Shown here: piece after piece, positions 28,359-38,194 of the stretch
Position numbering within the stretch: position 1 is the first letter of the stretch
How the letters are laid out: every line of letters starts with the position of its first letter
Origin: Candidatus Fermentibacteraceae bacterium
GTDB taxonomy: Bacteria > Fermentibacterota > Fermentibacteria > Fermentibacterales > JCC-6
Reading direction: 5' to 3'
Length of the DNA stretch: 64,000 bases
NCBI GenBank assembly: GCA_041750285.1
Contig: JBGSZS010000004.1
Location: 128,001-192,000 of the forward strand
Notes under the pieces: model-generated
The model's input: only the letters and a program-made list of their open reading frames with translations
What the model was told of the DNA's origin: nothing
The model's database searches: none
Translations under genes and position numbers: made by a program

Positions 28359-29250
28359 GCTCGATCTGCCTGACCCTTTCCACGGAAACCCCAACGATCT
28401 CCGCAACACGTTTCAATGTTTCGACACGGTCGTCCAGAAGGCCCAGGCGAAGCACGAGCACCGTCTTGCTTCTCTCGGGCAGCCTGTGGAGAGCTTCCGC
28501 GATCCGCCTGGCCTCCATCTCCCTGGCGACCTCGAGATGGGGCTGGTCGGGCGCGGGCGGGAGGCCGCCGGAGCCCTGGCAGTCGATCGAGACATGCTGC
28601 ATGTCGAGAAGCGAGAGGGCGAGCAGCCAGTCCATCTCCATCTCGGCGCACCGGCTCATCTCGTCGAGGGATGGAAGGCGCCCGTACTCGGCCACGAAGC
28701 CGTCCAGAAGGCTCCTTGCCTCTCTGCCCCTGCGAAGTGCGCTCCTCGGGACCCTGACCAGTTTGGACTGGCGGCTGACCTCCTCGATGATACACCTTCT
28801 TATGACGAACACGGCGTAGGTGCTGAATCCCGAGTAACCTCTCAGGTCGTGCTTCCTGGCGGCCATGAGAAGCCCCCTGCACCCCTCCTGCACAATGTCC
28901 ATGTCCTCGAGGGAGCCTATCCCCCCCTCGAAGTACCTTCGGGCGACATGAAGCACGAGCCGCAGGTGCCCCTCGACCAGTTCGGCCTCCATGTCGAGGA
29001 GTGCTTCCCGCAGCTTCGAGATGGCAGCGGCCGCCTCGGGTGACGCTTGTTCGATTTCGAGGTTGGCCCTCTCCTGCCACTCGCCCTCACCGGCGCTTCC
29101 CTGGCCCAGCAGACCCTCGAGGGCTTCGCGGCAGTCCCGCATCCTTTCCAGCAGCTTTTCCCAATGTTCGGTGCAGCGGTACCCCGCCCTGTTCACGCAG
29201 CGCTCGTAAACGCAGAGAGCGCCTTTCCCCCTGTCACTCTTTCCCCGCAT
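28264..29250 (-). CDS. Sigma70-family factor (regions 2, 3, 4), divergent
   Basis: HLRLVLHVARRY, DIVQEGCRGL, FSTYAVFVIRR, VRVP, TLKRVAEIVGVSVERVRQIE. Confidence 0.85.
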   Translation of the reverse strand: MRGKSDRGKGALCVYERCVNRAGYRCTEHWEKLLERMRDCREALEGLLGQGSAGEGEWQERANLEIEQASPEAAAAISKLREALLDMEAELVEGHLRLVLHVARRYFEGGIGSLEDMDIVQEGCRGLLMAARKHDLRGYSGFSTYAVFVIRRCIIEEVSRQSKLVRVPRSALRRGREARSLLDGFVAEYGRLPSLDEMSRCAEMEMDWLLALSLLDMQHVSIDCQGSGGLPPAPDQPHLEVAREMEARRIAEALHRLPERSKTVLVLRLGLLDDRVETLKRVAEIVGVSVERVRQIEHDALGKLRNCLYPDSSPASGTACGPDTGLLP

Positions 29251-30913
29251 GCCTCCGCCTGTCGATATCGCCGATCTCCCCGGCCAGCTCGCGCATCTCC
29301 TCGGGAGAAGCGCCGGAAAGCCTTTGCCTGATCAGTGTCCGGAGGGACTTCAGCCTGTCGTCCTTCACCCTTTTCACGATCTTCTCCCGGTCTCCGGGTT
29401 TCATCCCTGTCACTGAGGATGCCAGTCGTGAACAGATGGAACCCTGTTCCGGTGAGAGCATTCCGAAATTGACGGTGGTGCAGCCTTCGTCCATCTGGCC
29501 CTGGAGGGCGAGGAAAAGGCTGCGCCCCGGTTCGGATCTGAAATCGCCGGGTTCGAGCCACCTGAGAAGGCTGCTGTCGAGCGCTCCGCCACCCACAACC
29601 GCCGATATGATGTCGCGGTCACCGCGGTCCAGCCCGTCGGCGCCGTCGGCAGGCTTCTTCTGCTCCTGGCCGTACTTCATTTTCAGGTGGTTCTCGAGTG
29701 ATGACCTGGAGAAACCCGACGTCTTCTCGACCTCCATCAGCAGCTGCTCCCTGGCGAGCGGGTCGGACGCCGCAGAAACTATCTCCATCAGCCTCTTTGC
29801 GGCTCTGACACCGGCAACGCCCCCGGGGAAACCCCCCGGCAGCAGGGAAACGCAGAAACCGACCGGTCCCGGAGCCCTCTCCACGAGTTCCATGAAGGCG
29901 CCCATGCCCCTGGAGACGATGAAGTCATCAGGGTCCATCCCGCCGGGAAGCCTTACTATCCGGGGAAGCCCCCCCACGGTGAGCACTGAAACGGCCGCCT
30001 TCACCGCGGCCTTCGTTCCGGCTTCGTCTCCGTCGTAGCAGATCAGAGTGTCGTCGGCCATGGAGCGCAGGGTACGGGCCTGGATCTCGGTCAGCGCGGT
30101 TCCGCACGTGGCAACGACTCCCTGGAAGCCCGAGGAGTATATCCTGGCGTGGTCGAAGTACCCCTCGACCAGGATCACCATGCCGGCTTCACGGGCCGCG
30201 GGCGCGGCCCCGGAGTAGCCGTACAGAATGCTTCCCTTGTGATAGACCCCGGTGTCGGGTCCGTTCAGGTACTTCGGTCCCGAGTCGGTAAGGGTCCTGC
30301 CGCCGAAACTGACGGTTCGGCCCCGCCTGTCACGGATCGGAAAGGTGAGCCTGTTCCTGAAGCGGTCTCGCCGGCTTTCCGTGCCCGGCACCAGAAGCCC
30401 TGCCTGCTCGAGCTGCGAGTCACTGTAGCCCCTCTCCCGCATGTATGCCGACAACCCCTCGGAGGAGTAGCCGATACCCAGTGCCTCAGCCGCTGCGGAA
30501 AGGCCCCTTCCCTCGACGTAGCTCCTCGCCGTGGCGCCCTCGTGCGAAAGGTACCTCTCTACGAACCACTTCTGGGCTTCCCGAAGGGCGTCGAGCAGGC
30601 CTGTCTCGGGTCCGGTCCAGGTGCCCCTGCCCTCAAGGGTGATGCCGCACTGGTCAGCGAGTTCCTCAAGGGCCTCCCTGAATGTCAGGTTGCCGTACCT
30701 CATCACGAAGGTTATCACGTCGCCGCCGGCCCCGCAGCCGAAGCAGTGCCAGGTGCCGGTGCCGGGAAAGACGTGGAAACTGGGTGTCTTCTCGTTGTGG
30801 AACGGGCACAGCCCCTTAAGCGACGAGCCGGACTGCTTCAGGTCTATGTGTCTGCCTATCACCGACATGATGTCGGAAAGCTGTTTGATCCTGTCGACGT
30901 CGCCGGGCATCAT
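29234..30913 (-). CDS. dnaG: DNA primase
   Basis: CPFHNEKTPSF...CFGC zinc finger, RFRNRLTFPI, KYLNGPDT, LVEGYFD, CYDGDEAG, DPDD. Confidence 0.95.
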   Translation of the reverse strand: MMPGDVDRIKQLSDIMSVIGRHIDLKQSGSSLKGLCPFHNEKTPSFHVFPGTGTWHCFGCGAGGDVITFVMRYGNLTFREALEELADQCGITLEGRGTWTGPETGLLDALREAQKWFVERYLSHEGATARSYVEGRGLSAAAEALGIGYSSEGLSAYMRERGYSDSQLEQAGLLVPGTESRRDRFRNRLTFPIRDRRGRTVSFGGRTLTDSGPKYLNGPDTGVYHKGSILYGYSGAAPAAREAGMVILVEGYFDHARIYSSGFQGVVATCGTALTEIQARTLRSMADDTLICYDGDEAGTKAAVKAAVSVLTVGGLPRIVRLPGGMDPDDFIVSRGMGAFMELVERAPGPVGFCVSLLPGGFPGGVAGVRAAKRLMEIVSAASDPLAREQLLMEVEKTSGFSRSSLENHLKMKYGQEQKKPADGADGLDRGDRDIISAVVGGGALDSSLLRWLEPGDFRSEPGRSLFLALQGQMDEGCTTVNFGMLSPEQGSICSRLASSVTGMKPGDREKIVKRVKDDRLKSLRTLIRQRLSGASPEEMRELAGEIGDIDRRRHAGKE

Positions 30914-33252
30914 GAGCCGTCCTTCAGTATGACGATGGATGCGCCTGTGCCTCCCTCGGCGGGTGAAGCCTGGCCAAGGGTCTTCACACGGCGGTCCTTC
31001 TTCAGCCATCCCGTTACGAACGACATCAGGGTTCCCTTGCCGTGGACCACCCTCAACCTGAAAAGCCCGCAGGCCACAGCGCTGTCTATCCTCTCGTCCA
31101 GTTCACCGATGGCCTCGTCAACCGTCTTCCCCAGAAGGTTGACCTCATGGCTGCCCTGAACCGGAGCCCACTCCGAAGAAGGAACTGGCGCCGGCGCGGG
31201 ATCGCTCCTGCGGCTGAGAGAGCCGGCGGGACGGGTGAGAAGAAAGCTGCCGGACCTGACCCTTGCAGTTGCGCCGTCTATGCTCTCAACCCTGCCGGGC
31301 TGGTTCCAGCCCTCGATGTCGACCCAGTCGCCGGGTGAAAGCTCTCCCGGGGTACGGGACGCCGGTGCCAGCGCGGACCGTTTCCCCGCTTCACCACCGG
31401 GGGTTTTCGCGGTTTCCTTCTCAACGAGTTCCCTTATCTTCCTGCGGGCCTCCCTGGCTTCGCCGGGGTCAGCTCCGCCCCGCGAGATCACCGCCAGAAG
31501 AGAATCCGCCCTGGATGAGATATCCTGCAGCTTCCGCGAGTGTTCCTCACGGTTTAGCTCGATGAGTAGAGAAAGCTCTTCCTGAGCGTTCCGGTGCTCG
31601 ATATCCCTCTCCCGGGAGGCTTCGGCTTCGCGCCGCCTTTCCGCCGCCAGTGCCTCGGTCTCGCGGGTCCGGGCTTCATTGGTCATGGTCAGTTCCTGAA
31701 GCAGGTTGTCAAGCCTGAACGAATCGCCGGCGAGGACCCTCGCCCTCTCCAGAACGCCTGCATCGATGCCCGCGGCGCCCGCCACCTCGAGCGTGAATGA
31801 CGCCCCCGGTACGCCGTAGATGAATGAATAGGATGGAGTGAGCGTCTCCCTGTCGAAGGCAAGCGAGCCGTTCAAAAAGCCCGGGGTTTCCGAAGCCATT
31901 TTCTTCAGTTGTCCCATGTGGGTACTGACAAGGACCCTGACACCGCGGGAGGCGAGTTCGGCAAGCACCGCGGCGGCAAGGGCGGCACCGGTGGACGGGT
32001 CCGTTCCGGCGGCGGGTTCGTCGATGACGGCAAGAGTGGTCCCGTCGGCTTCCTCCAGCATGCCCTTCTGTTCGGCAAGCCTTGCGGAATAAGTGCTGAG
32101 CTGCTCGGCGATCGACTGGTTGTCGCCCATGCTCACCATCACGCTTCTGAAGAATGGCATCGTCGAGCCCGGCTCGACGCATGCCCCCAGCCCCGAGCGG
32201 GACATCACCGAAGCGAGGGCGGCGGCCTTCATCAGAACGCTCTTCCCTCCCGCGTTCGGCCCCGAGATCACAAGCACCCTCCATGAGTCGGGCAGAGTCA
32301 GGTCGCTTCTGACAACCCTGTTCCGGGGAATGAGGGGATGTCTGAGCCCGAGAAGGTTCAAGGGGCCCGAACCGGGAAACACCGTGTTCTCCCTGGCCCG
32401 ATAGACCGCCCTTGCGAAGATCGCGTCGATTTCCACCGAAGCCTCGAGGCCTTTTTCAAGGGCTTCCCTTTCCGCGCGGACCATGGCGGTGGCGTCGCGG
32501 AGAATGCGCCTCTTCTCCCTTTGAAGCTCCACTTCGGCCTCCTGCATGGCGTTGCCCTGCTCGACCATCTCCGAGGGTTCGATGAACAGGGTTGAGCCGC
32601 TTTCCGACCTGTCGTGGATGATCCCCGAAACCGAACCCCTCTTTCCAGAAGCGACCGGCAGGACGAACCTGCCGTTCCGCAGGGATGGCGGGGAATCACG
32701 AAGCACACCCGAGGCGGAGTATCTGGAGGCCAGTTCAGCCACCCTGGCGGACATCTCCCTTCGCATGCGTTCGACCTGCGAGAAAAGCCTGGCGAACTTG
32801 GGTGAAGCCCCGGGCGAAAGCTCCCCCTCGGGAGTGGTTATCCGCAGGAGATGAGAAAAGAGGCCTTCCAGAACGGGCAGCCCGGAAACTTGTGAGGCAA
32901 GGGGAGTACGTGTTTCCCGCGGTCCGGCAGCAACGGCGGCGCTTCTGAAACGGGCGAAACCCGAAGCGGCAAGCCCCACCTCACGGAGCTGGACGGGCTC
33001 GAGGTAGATGGCCCCCCTTTCCAGCAGTGCAAGGCTCTCCCCGAGCAGGCGGGTGTTTTCGACCGGCGGCCTGAGCCCCATGGCGGAAAGCATCTCCGCT
33101 TCAGCAGTCTCGGTCTGGAGTTCCAGAGCCCTTTCGGGAACGGGTGTCGGCTGAAGGCCGAGAACCGCGATGGCTCCCTGTTCAGAAAGGCAGCCTGCGG
33201 CCACCTCCCGAAGTATTCGTGTGAACTCGAGCTGCTCGGGGATGCCGGACAT
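30910..33252 (-). CDS. mutS2: MutS2 family protein with Smr domain
   Basis: RNGRFVLPV, GIIHDRSESGSTLFIEP, SGPNAGGKS, DEPAAGTDP, STH, GVPGAS, VVHGKG. Confidence 0.93.
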   Translation of the reverse strand: MSGIPEQLEFTRILREVAAGCLSEQGAIAVLGLQPTPVPERALELQTETAEAEMLSAMGLRPPVENTRLLGESLALLERGAIYLEPVQLREVGLAASGFARFRSAAVAAGPRETRTPLASQVSGLPVLEGLFSHLLRITTPEGELSPGASPKFARLFSQVERMRREMSARVAELASRYSASGVLRDSPPSLRNGRFVLPVASGKRGSVSGIIHDRSESGSTLFIEPSEMVEQGNAMQEAEVELQREKRRILRDATAMVRAEREALEKGLEASVEIDAIFARAVYRARENTVFPGSGPLNLLGLRHPLIPRNRVVRSDLTLPDSWRVLVISGPNAGGKSVLMKAAALASVMSRSGLGACVEPGSTMPFFRSVMVSMGDNQSIAEQLSTYSARLAEQKGMLEEADGTTLAVIDEPAAGTDPSTGAALAAAVLAELASRGVRVLVSTHMGQLKKMASETPGFLNGSLAFDRETLTPSYSFIYGVPGASFTLEVAGAAGIDAGVLERARVLAGDSFRLDNLLQELTMTNEARTRETEALAAERRREAEASRERDIEHRNAQEELSLLIELNREEHSRKLQDISSRADSLLAVISRGGADPGEAREARRKIRELVEKETAKTPGGEAGKRSALAPASRTPGELSPGDWVDIEGWNQPGRVESIDGATARVRSGSFLLTRPAGSLSRRSDPAPAPVPSSEWAPVQGSHEVNLLGKTVDEAIGELDERIDSAVACGLFRLRVVHGKGTLMSFVTGWLKKDRRVKTLGQASPAEGGTGASIVILKDGS

Positions 33253-33254
33253 CG

Positions 33255-34334
33255 TCAGCGTTTCGACGGAGTGAAGGCTTCCATCGAAGCCATCTCCTCC
33301 AGAAGCTTTCGCTCACGCCGGCCGTGTTTTTTTGGAACATGGATCCCGACCTGAACAAGAAGGTCGCCGCGTCCGCGCCTGTCCAGCCTTCCCAACCCCC
33401 TGCCCTTGATGGTTATCCGGTCTCCCGACATGGCCCCCTCGGGAACCCTCACCTGCAGGGGATCATCATTGCAGGGGTCAGGAACGGAAAGGACGGCACC
33501 CATCACGGCCTCGGGGTAGGAAACCGGCAGGGCGAAGACGAGGTTGTCTCCCTCCCTCGTGAACCTGCCGTAGTCGACCGATCTTATCAGAACCCTCAGG
33601 TTGCCCGGCGAACCGCCCTCGCCGGGATGGTGGCCCTGCCCCCTCAGTGTAAGGCAGTGTCCTTCGGAAAGACCGGCGGGAAGCGTAACGGAAATGGATC
33701 TGGCCTTTCGGTAGACCCCCCTGCCACGGCACTTGCCGCACGGCTTGCGGGGGACCTTTCCCGAACCGCGACAGATCTGGCACTGTGATACCGACCTGAA
33801 TGTTCCGAGCAGTGTCCGGCGGTCGTTGACGATGCGTCCCGACCCCTGGCACTGAAGGCACGTCTGCATTCCCTCTTCGGGGTCGGCCCCGCTTCCGCCG
33901 CAGGTTTCGCAAGCCTCCATGCGTTCGGTCCGCAGAAGTCTCTCACCCCCCAGAACGGCCTCGGGAAGGGTCAGCTCGATGGTTACCGTAAGGTCGTCAC
34001 CACGTCCCGGCGAGTCCTGCTGAAAACCGCCGAACCCGAAATTCTTCATGAAGGACCTGAGTGCGTCCTCCATGTCGAACCCGGAGAAAGGGTTCCCCCC
34101 GTGGTTGCCCGGATGGTCGTCAACCGTGCCGTACCTGTCGAACCGTGAGCGCTTTTCGGGGTCTGCGAGGATGTCGTAGGCCCGGCCCACCTCCTTGAAC
34201 TTCTCCTCAGCGGCATGGTCGCCGGGGTTCCTGTCCGGGTGATACTTCATGGCCTGCTGCCTGTAAGCCCGCTTCACTTCGTCTTCGCCGGCATCACGGG
34301 ACAACTCCAGAATCTCGTAGGGATCAAAGCGCAT
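33255..34334 (-). CDS. dnaJ: Chaperone DnaJ
   Basis: J-domain YHPDRN, G/F-rich region, four CxxCxGxG repeats. Confidence 0.95.
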   Translation of the reverse strand: MRFDPYEILELSRDAGEDEVKRAYRQQAMKYHPDRNPGDHAAEEKFKEVGRAYDILADPEKRSRFDRYGTVDDHPGNHGGNPFSGFDMEDALRSFMKNFGFGGFQQDSPGRGDDLTVTIELTLPEAVLGGERLLRTERMEACETCGGSGADPEEGMQTCLQCQGSGRIVNDRRTLLGTFRSVSQCQICRGSGKVPRKPCGKCRGRGVYRKARSISVTLPAGLSEGHCLTLRGQGHHPGEGGSPGNLRVLIRSVDYGRFTREGDNLVFALPVSYPEAVMGAVLSVPDPCNDDPLQVRVPEGAMSGDRITIKGRGLGRLDRRGRGDLLVQVGIHVPKKHGRRERKLLEEMASMEAFTPSKR

Positions 34335-34351
34335 CAGCAGACCTCCGGTGA

Positions 34352-34376
34352 GGCTTTCCGCAAGTCACGGAAAGCC
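34352..34376. other. Stem-loop between dnaK and dnaJ, no U-tract
   Basis: GGCTTTCCG-CAAGTCA-CGGAAAGCC immediately upstream of the dnaJ GGAGG RBS. Confidence 0.55.
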
Positions 34377-34421
34377 ATGGGCGGAATACCTGAACTGGAA
34401 ATGGGCACGGGAACCGGGGCA

Positions 34422-36299
34422 TCACATGCCCGTCATGCCCTCGATGGGTTCATCGGTGATCTCAATGTCGTCGATGAGACCTCCGGCCTCTCCTTCCAAA
34501 CGTGTCTCGAGAACCTCCACGAGCTTCGAGACGGCCTCCATCTGAACCCTGGTGCTGGCTATCTGACGGACTATGGCATCCGGGTTGCTGCTCTCGCGAA
34601 GCTCCTTGAGCTTGGCGATCTCCTCCTCGAGGCCCTGCCACGATTCGCGGTCGATCTGCTCCCGGGCGGCCTTCACGACCTTCACGGCTTCGTAGAGAAG
34701 CTCGTCGGCCTGATTCCTGTGGCCGGCCAGCACGATCCTGGCGCGGTCGGCCTCGGCGTTGGCCTCGGCTTCCTTCTTGAGCCTCTTGATCTCTTCGCTG
34801 GTCAGGCCACCGCTGGGATTGACCTTTATGCTGTGGGCATTTCCGGTGTTCATGTCCTTCGCGGAGACGTTCAGGATGCCGTTTGAGTCTATCTCGAAAA
34901 CCACCTCCACCCTCGGGTCTCCCCTCTTGGCGGGTGGAATGCCGCGGAGTTCGAACGTGCCCAGGCTCCGGTTGCCCTCGGCGAGGTCACGCTCTCCCTG
35001 CAGGACATGAACGCTGACCACGCTCTGGTTGTCGACCGCTGTGGTGAACACCCTTCCCCTTCTCATCGGGATGGGGCTGTTCCGCTTAATGATGGGCGCC
35101 ATCACGCCGCCGAGGGTTTCGACGCCCAGGGAGAGCGGCGTTACATCGATCAGCACAAGGTCCTTCTTCTGGCCGGAAAGCACCGCGCCCTCGAGAGCCG
35201 CACCCATCGCCACGACCTCGTCGGGGTTCACGCTCTGGGCGGGTTTGCGGCCGAAGGTTTCCTCCACCAGCTCCTTCACCATGGGGATCCGGGTAGAACC
35301 GCCCACGAGAACAACGTGGTCGAGTTCTTCCATCCTGAAGCCGGCATCTTCGACGGCCTTGAGGCAAAGGTCTTTCGTCTTTCCGACAAGGTCCGACACC
35401 AGGCTCTGGAAGAGCTTCCGGGAGATGCTGATCTCCATGTGGACCGGACCCGAGTCACCCGATGCGATGAAGGGCAGGTTTATGCTGGTCTCGAGAGTCA
35501 TGGAAAGCTCGCACTTGGCCCGTTCGGCGGCTTCCCGGACACGCTGCGGGGCGATCTGGTCGCGGTTGAGGTCGATGCCCGTCTCGGTGCGGAACTGGTC
35601 CATGATCCACTCGACAAGGCGGCTGTCGAGGTCGTCGCCTCCGAGATTGGTGTCACCGCACGTGGACTTCACCTCGAAGACGCCGTTCACGACCTGAAGG
35701 ACGCTTATGTCGAAGGTGCCGCCACCGAAGTCGTAGACCGCAATCTTCCTGCTCTCGCGCGGTTCCATGAAGGCAAGGGCCGCCGCGGTGGGCTCGTTCA
35801 GGACCCTTTTCACGTTGAGACCGGCAATGACCCCGGCCGCCTTGGTGGCCTCCCTCTGGACTTCGTTGAAATAGGCCGGAACCGTCACCACGGCATCGGT
35901 GATCTCCTCGCCGAGGAACTCCTCGGCGGTCTGCCTGAGGCGCTGAAGGATGATGGCGCTGATCTCGGGAGGGGTGTAGAGCCTGTCCATTATGCGGACG
36001 GCGGCGTCACCGTTCGAGTTCTCCTCGATGGCGTAGGAGGCCCGGCCGACCAGATCGGTGACTTCCGAGAACTTCCTTCCCATGAGCCTTTTTATGCTGC
36101 TTATGGTGTTTTTTGGATTGGTTATTGCCTGGCGCTTGGCTACCAGGCCCACAAGCCTTTCGCCCTTCGCCGTGAAGGCGACGACGGACGCCATGACCCT
36201 GGCTCCGGCCTTGGTCTGGATAACGGTGGGATTCCCGTTGTCCACAAAGGCGATGCAGGAGTTCGTGGTGCCCAGATCAATGCCGATGGTTTTCCCCAA
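34422..36299 (-). CDS. dnaK: Chaperone DnaK (Hsp70)
   Basis: IGIDLGTTNS, TVPAYFN, NEPTAAA, YDFGGGTFDIS, LVGGSTRIP, VNPDEVVA, DVTPLSLG; TTG start after GGAGG. Confidence 0.97.
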   Translation of the reverse strand: MGKTIGIDLGTTNSCIAFVDNGNPTVIQTKAGARVMASVVAFTAKGERLVGLVAKRQAITNPKNTISSIKRLMGRKFSEVTDLVGRASYAIEENSNGDAAVRIMDRLYTPPEISAIILQRLRQTAEEFLGEEITDAVVTVPAYFNEVQREATKAAGVIAGLNVKRVLNEPTAAALAFMEPRESRKIAVYDFGGGTFDISVLQVVNGVFEVKSTCGDTNLGGDDLDSRLVEWIMDQFRTETGIDLNRDQIAPQRVREAAERAKCELSMTLETSINLPFIASGDSGPVHMEISISRKLFQSLVSDLVGKTKDLCLKAVEDAGFRMEELDHVVLVGGSTRIPMVKELVEETFGRKPAQSVNPDEVVAMGAALEGAVLSGQKKDLVLIDVTPLSLGVETLGGVMAPIIKRNSPIPMRRGRVFTTAVDNQSVVSVHVLQGERDLAEGNRSLGTFELRGIPPAKRGDPRVEVVFEIDSNGILNVSAKDMNTGNAHSIKVNPSGGLTSEEIKRLKKEAEANAEADRARIVLAGHRNQADELLYEAVKVVKAAREQIDRESWQGLEEEIAKLKELRESSNPDAIVRQIASTRVQMEAVSKLVEVLETRLEGEAGGLIDDIEITDEPIEGMTGM

Positions 36300-36331
36300 A
36301 GCTCATACCTCCTGAGTGGGAAAATTGTCTC

Positions 36332-37075
36332 CTATTCAGTGAACACAGACTTGACCATGGCCCAGGTGGCGGGAGCAAGGTGCTGGGTTCCGGGGTCGAG
36401 CTGGTAGACCTGCGCGCCGGTTTCCTCGTACTCGGTAAGCCACACGTACGTTCCGTCCCATGCCAGATCCTGCGGGGTCTCGCAGGGAAGCATGTAATAT
36501 GCCACGGGCTGCGGAACCATGGGGAGATGCACGTACATGAGCGGTGTGTTCTGCATGCTGACGTAGATGTTGAAGCCGTCGTAGGCCAGCCCCGTGCAGC
36601 CCGCCGGGCTGTAGGGCTGGAAGAAGTCGAGGATCGTGCCCGTGCCGGGGTCGAGCTTGTAGATGGCATTGTTGTTGGGGTTGGTGCTCCAGAGATTTGT
36701 GCCGTCCCAGCACAGGCCCTCGTTGTTGCTGCTGCTTGGCGCGGGGATGGAGTCGACCGCCAGCCCGGTGGACATGTCCATGAAATAGATCATCCAGGGT
36801 TGAACGGTCACCACCAGGTGGGTGCCGTCCCAGGTGAGACCGGTGAGGGCGCCGGTCCCGTCGCCGGGAGGGGTCATCTCGTCAACCACTGCTCCGCTTG
36901 CTGGGTCGATCTTGTAGTACATGTGGTCGGTGTCGCTGGTTATCCAGAGGTATCCGTCCACCCAGGTGAGACCGTCAGGGTTGCCGCCCGGAGCGGGGAT
37001 CTGGCTGATTATCTCTCCCGGGGAGGCAAGGACAAGGGCCGAAAGGCAGCAAAGAAGGAAAAGGCTTGTTCTCAC
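36332..37075 (-). CDS. Secreted beta-propeller protein (YncE/glutaminyl-cyclase-like repeats) with short C-terminal TW-x-x-VK motif
   Basis: Signal peptide; five repeats of G/D-L-x-W/Y-x-DG-x-x-L/I/V followed by Y-x-x-D; ends HLAPATWAMVKSVFTE. Confidence 0.75.
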   Translation of the reverse strand: MRTSLFLLCCLSALVLASPGEIISQIPAPGGNPDGLTWVDGYLWITSDTDHMYYKIDPASGAVVDEMTPPGDGTGALTGLTWDGTHLVVTVQPWMIYFMDMSTGLAVDSIPAPSSSNNEGLCWDGTNLWSTNPNNNAIYKLDPGTGTILDFFQPYSPAGCTGLAYDGFNIYVSMQNTPLMYVHLPMVPQPVAYYMLPCETPQDLAWDGTYVWLTEYEETGAQVYQLDPGTQHLAPATWAMVKSVFTE

Positions 37076-37153
37076 GGGTTCTCTCCTTGGTTCAAATTAA
37101 AGACTTCCATAAGTACATCACTCGAAAAATCGTCCGGACTGACAGTATGATGT

Positions 37154-38188
37154 TCATGGGCCGCTGTCAACCTGTGCACCCGGTATATCGGCCGGGGAAG
37201 ACACGACCCCGAGTTCACAGATGATTCCGGTGATCAGCCCGGCCGGGGTCACATCGAAGGCGGGGTTCCACACACGGGCGCCCGAAGCCAGCGTGACCGT
37301 ACCGCCCAGGCAGGCCAGCTCTTCGGATGACCTGTTCTCGATGACGATCCCCGATCCGTCGGGGGTGGCGAAATCGAATGTGGAGACGGGGGCGGCGACA
37401 TAGAAGGGAACACCCGCCTCCCTGGCCGCGAGGGCGACCGGGAACGTGCCTATCTTGTTGGCGGTGTCGCCGTTGAGGGCGATACGGTCGGCCCCCACGA
37501 TAACGGCGTTCACCCGCCCCGAGGCCAGGAGGGAGGCTGCAGCCGAATCGGGTATCACCGTGACGGGAATGCCGGCCCTCACCATCTCCCAGGCCGTCAG
37601 CCTGGCGCCCTGAAGCAGCGGTCTTGTCTCGTCCGCGAATACTTCGCGAAGGATCCCCCTGCCGTGGGCCTCGTAAATCACGGCGAGGGCGGTTCCCAGC
37701 CCGCCGGTCGCGAGCCCCCCGGCGTTGCAGTGCGTGAGCACCGCGCAGTCCCGCGGGAGAAGGCCGGCACCGTGCCGGCCGATCGCGACACTTGCCGCCA
37801 GGTCCTGCTCGTGCAGGCGCCGGGCGTTTTCAAGCAGGGCGCCGACAGCTTTCCTGCGGTTCTCGGCGGCGGACAGCACCCTCTCCTGCAGGGCCAGACA
37901 ATGAAAGAGGTTCACCGCCGTGGGGCGGGTGTCCTCCAGGGCCTTCATGAGCCTTCGGCACCCCTCCTTGAAGCCTGAGCCGGGGGGTGTCTCGATGGCG
38001 GCTATGACCGCCCCGTAGGCGGCCGCAAGGCCTATCGCCGGCGCCCCCCTGACGGCCAGGGTCCTGATCGCGCAGGCAAGGGTCTCGACGTCACGGCACT
38101 CGATGAAGGATTCGGTTCCCGGCAAAAGCCGCTGGTCGATGAGCCTCAGGCAGTCTCCGGTCCATTCGAGCGTGGGAACGGGGTTCAA
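37154..38188 (-). CDS. mtnA: S-methyl-5-thioribose-1-phosphate isomerase
   Basis: IDQRLLP, VRGAPAIG, TRPTAVNL, THCNAGGLAT, DETRPLLQGARLT, GADRI..NGDTANKIGT, NPAFDVTP. Confidence 0.95.
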   Translation of the reverse strand: MNPVPTLEWTGDCLRLIDQRLLPGTESFIECRDVETLACAIRTLAVRGAPAIGLAAAYGAVIAAIETPPGSGFKEGCRRLMKALEDTRPTAVNLFHCLALQERVLSAAENRRKAVGALLENARRLHEQDLAASVAIGRHGAGLLPRDCAVLTHCNAGGLATGGLGTALAVIYEAHGRGILREVFADETRPLLQGARLTAWEMVRAGIPVTVIPDSAAASLLASGRVNAVIVGADRIALNGDTANKIGTFPVALAAREAGVPFYVAAPVSTFDFATPDGSGIVIENRSSEELACLGGTVTLASGARVWNPAFDVTPAGLITGIICELGVVSSPADIPGAQVDSGP

Positions 38189-38194
38189 GCCGTC

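Noticed and set aside
36277..36306. ATG right after GGAGGT upstream of dnaK, suggesting a frameshifted start or leader peptide
   Set aside because: It lies 1 nt from the RBS and is out of frame; the in-frame TTG at 36299 has normal spacing
35007..36407. 466-aa ORF antisense to dnaK
   Set aside because: Well-known shadow ORF opposite Hsp70 genes in GC-rich genomes; no motifs of its own
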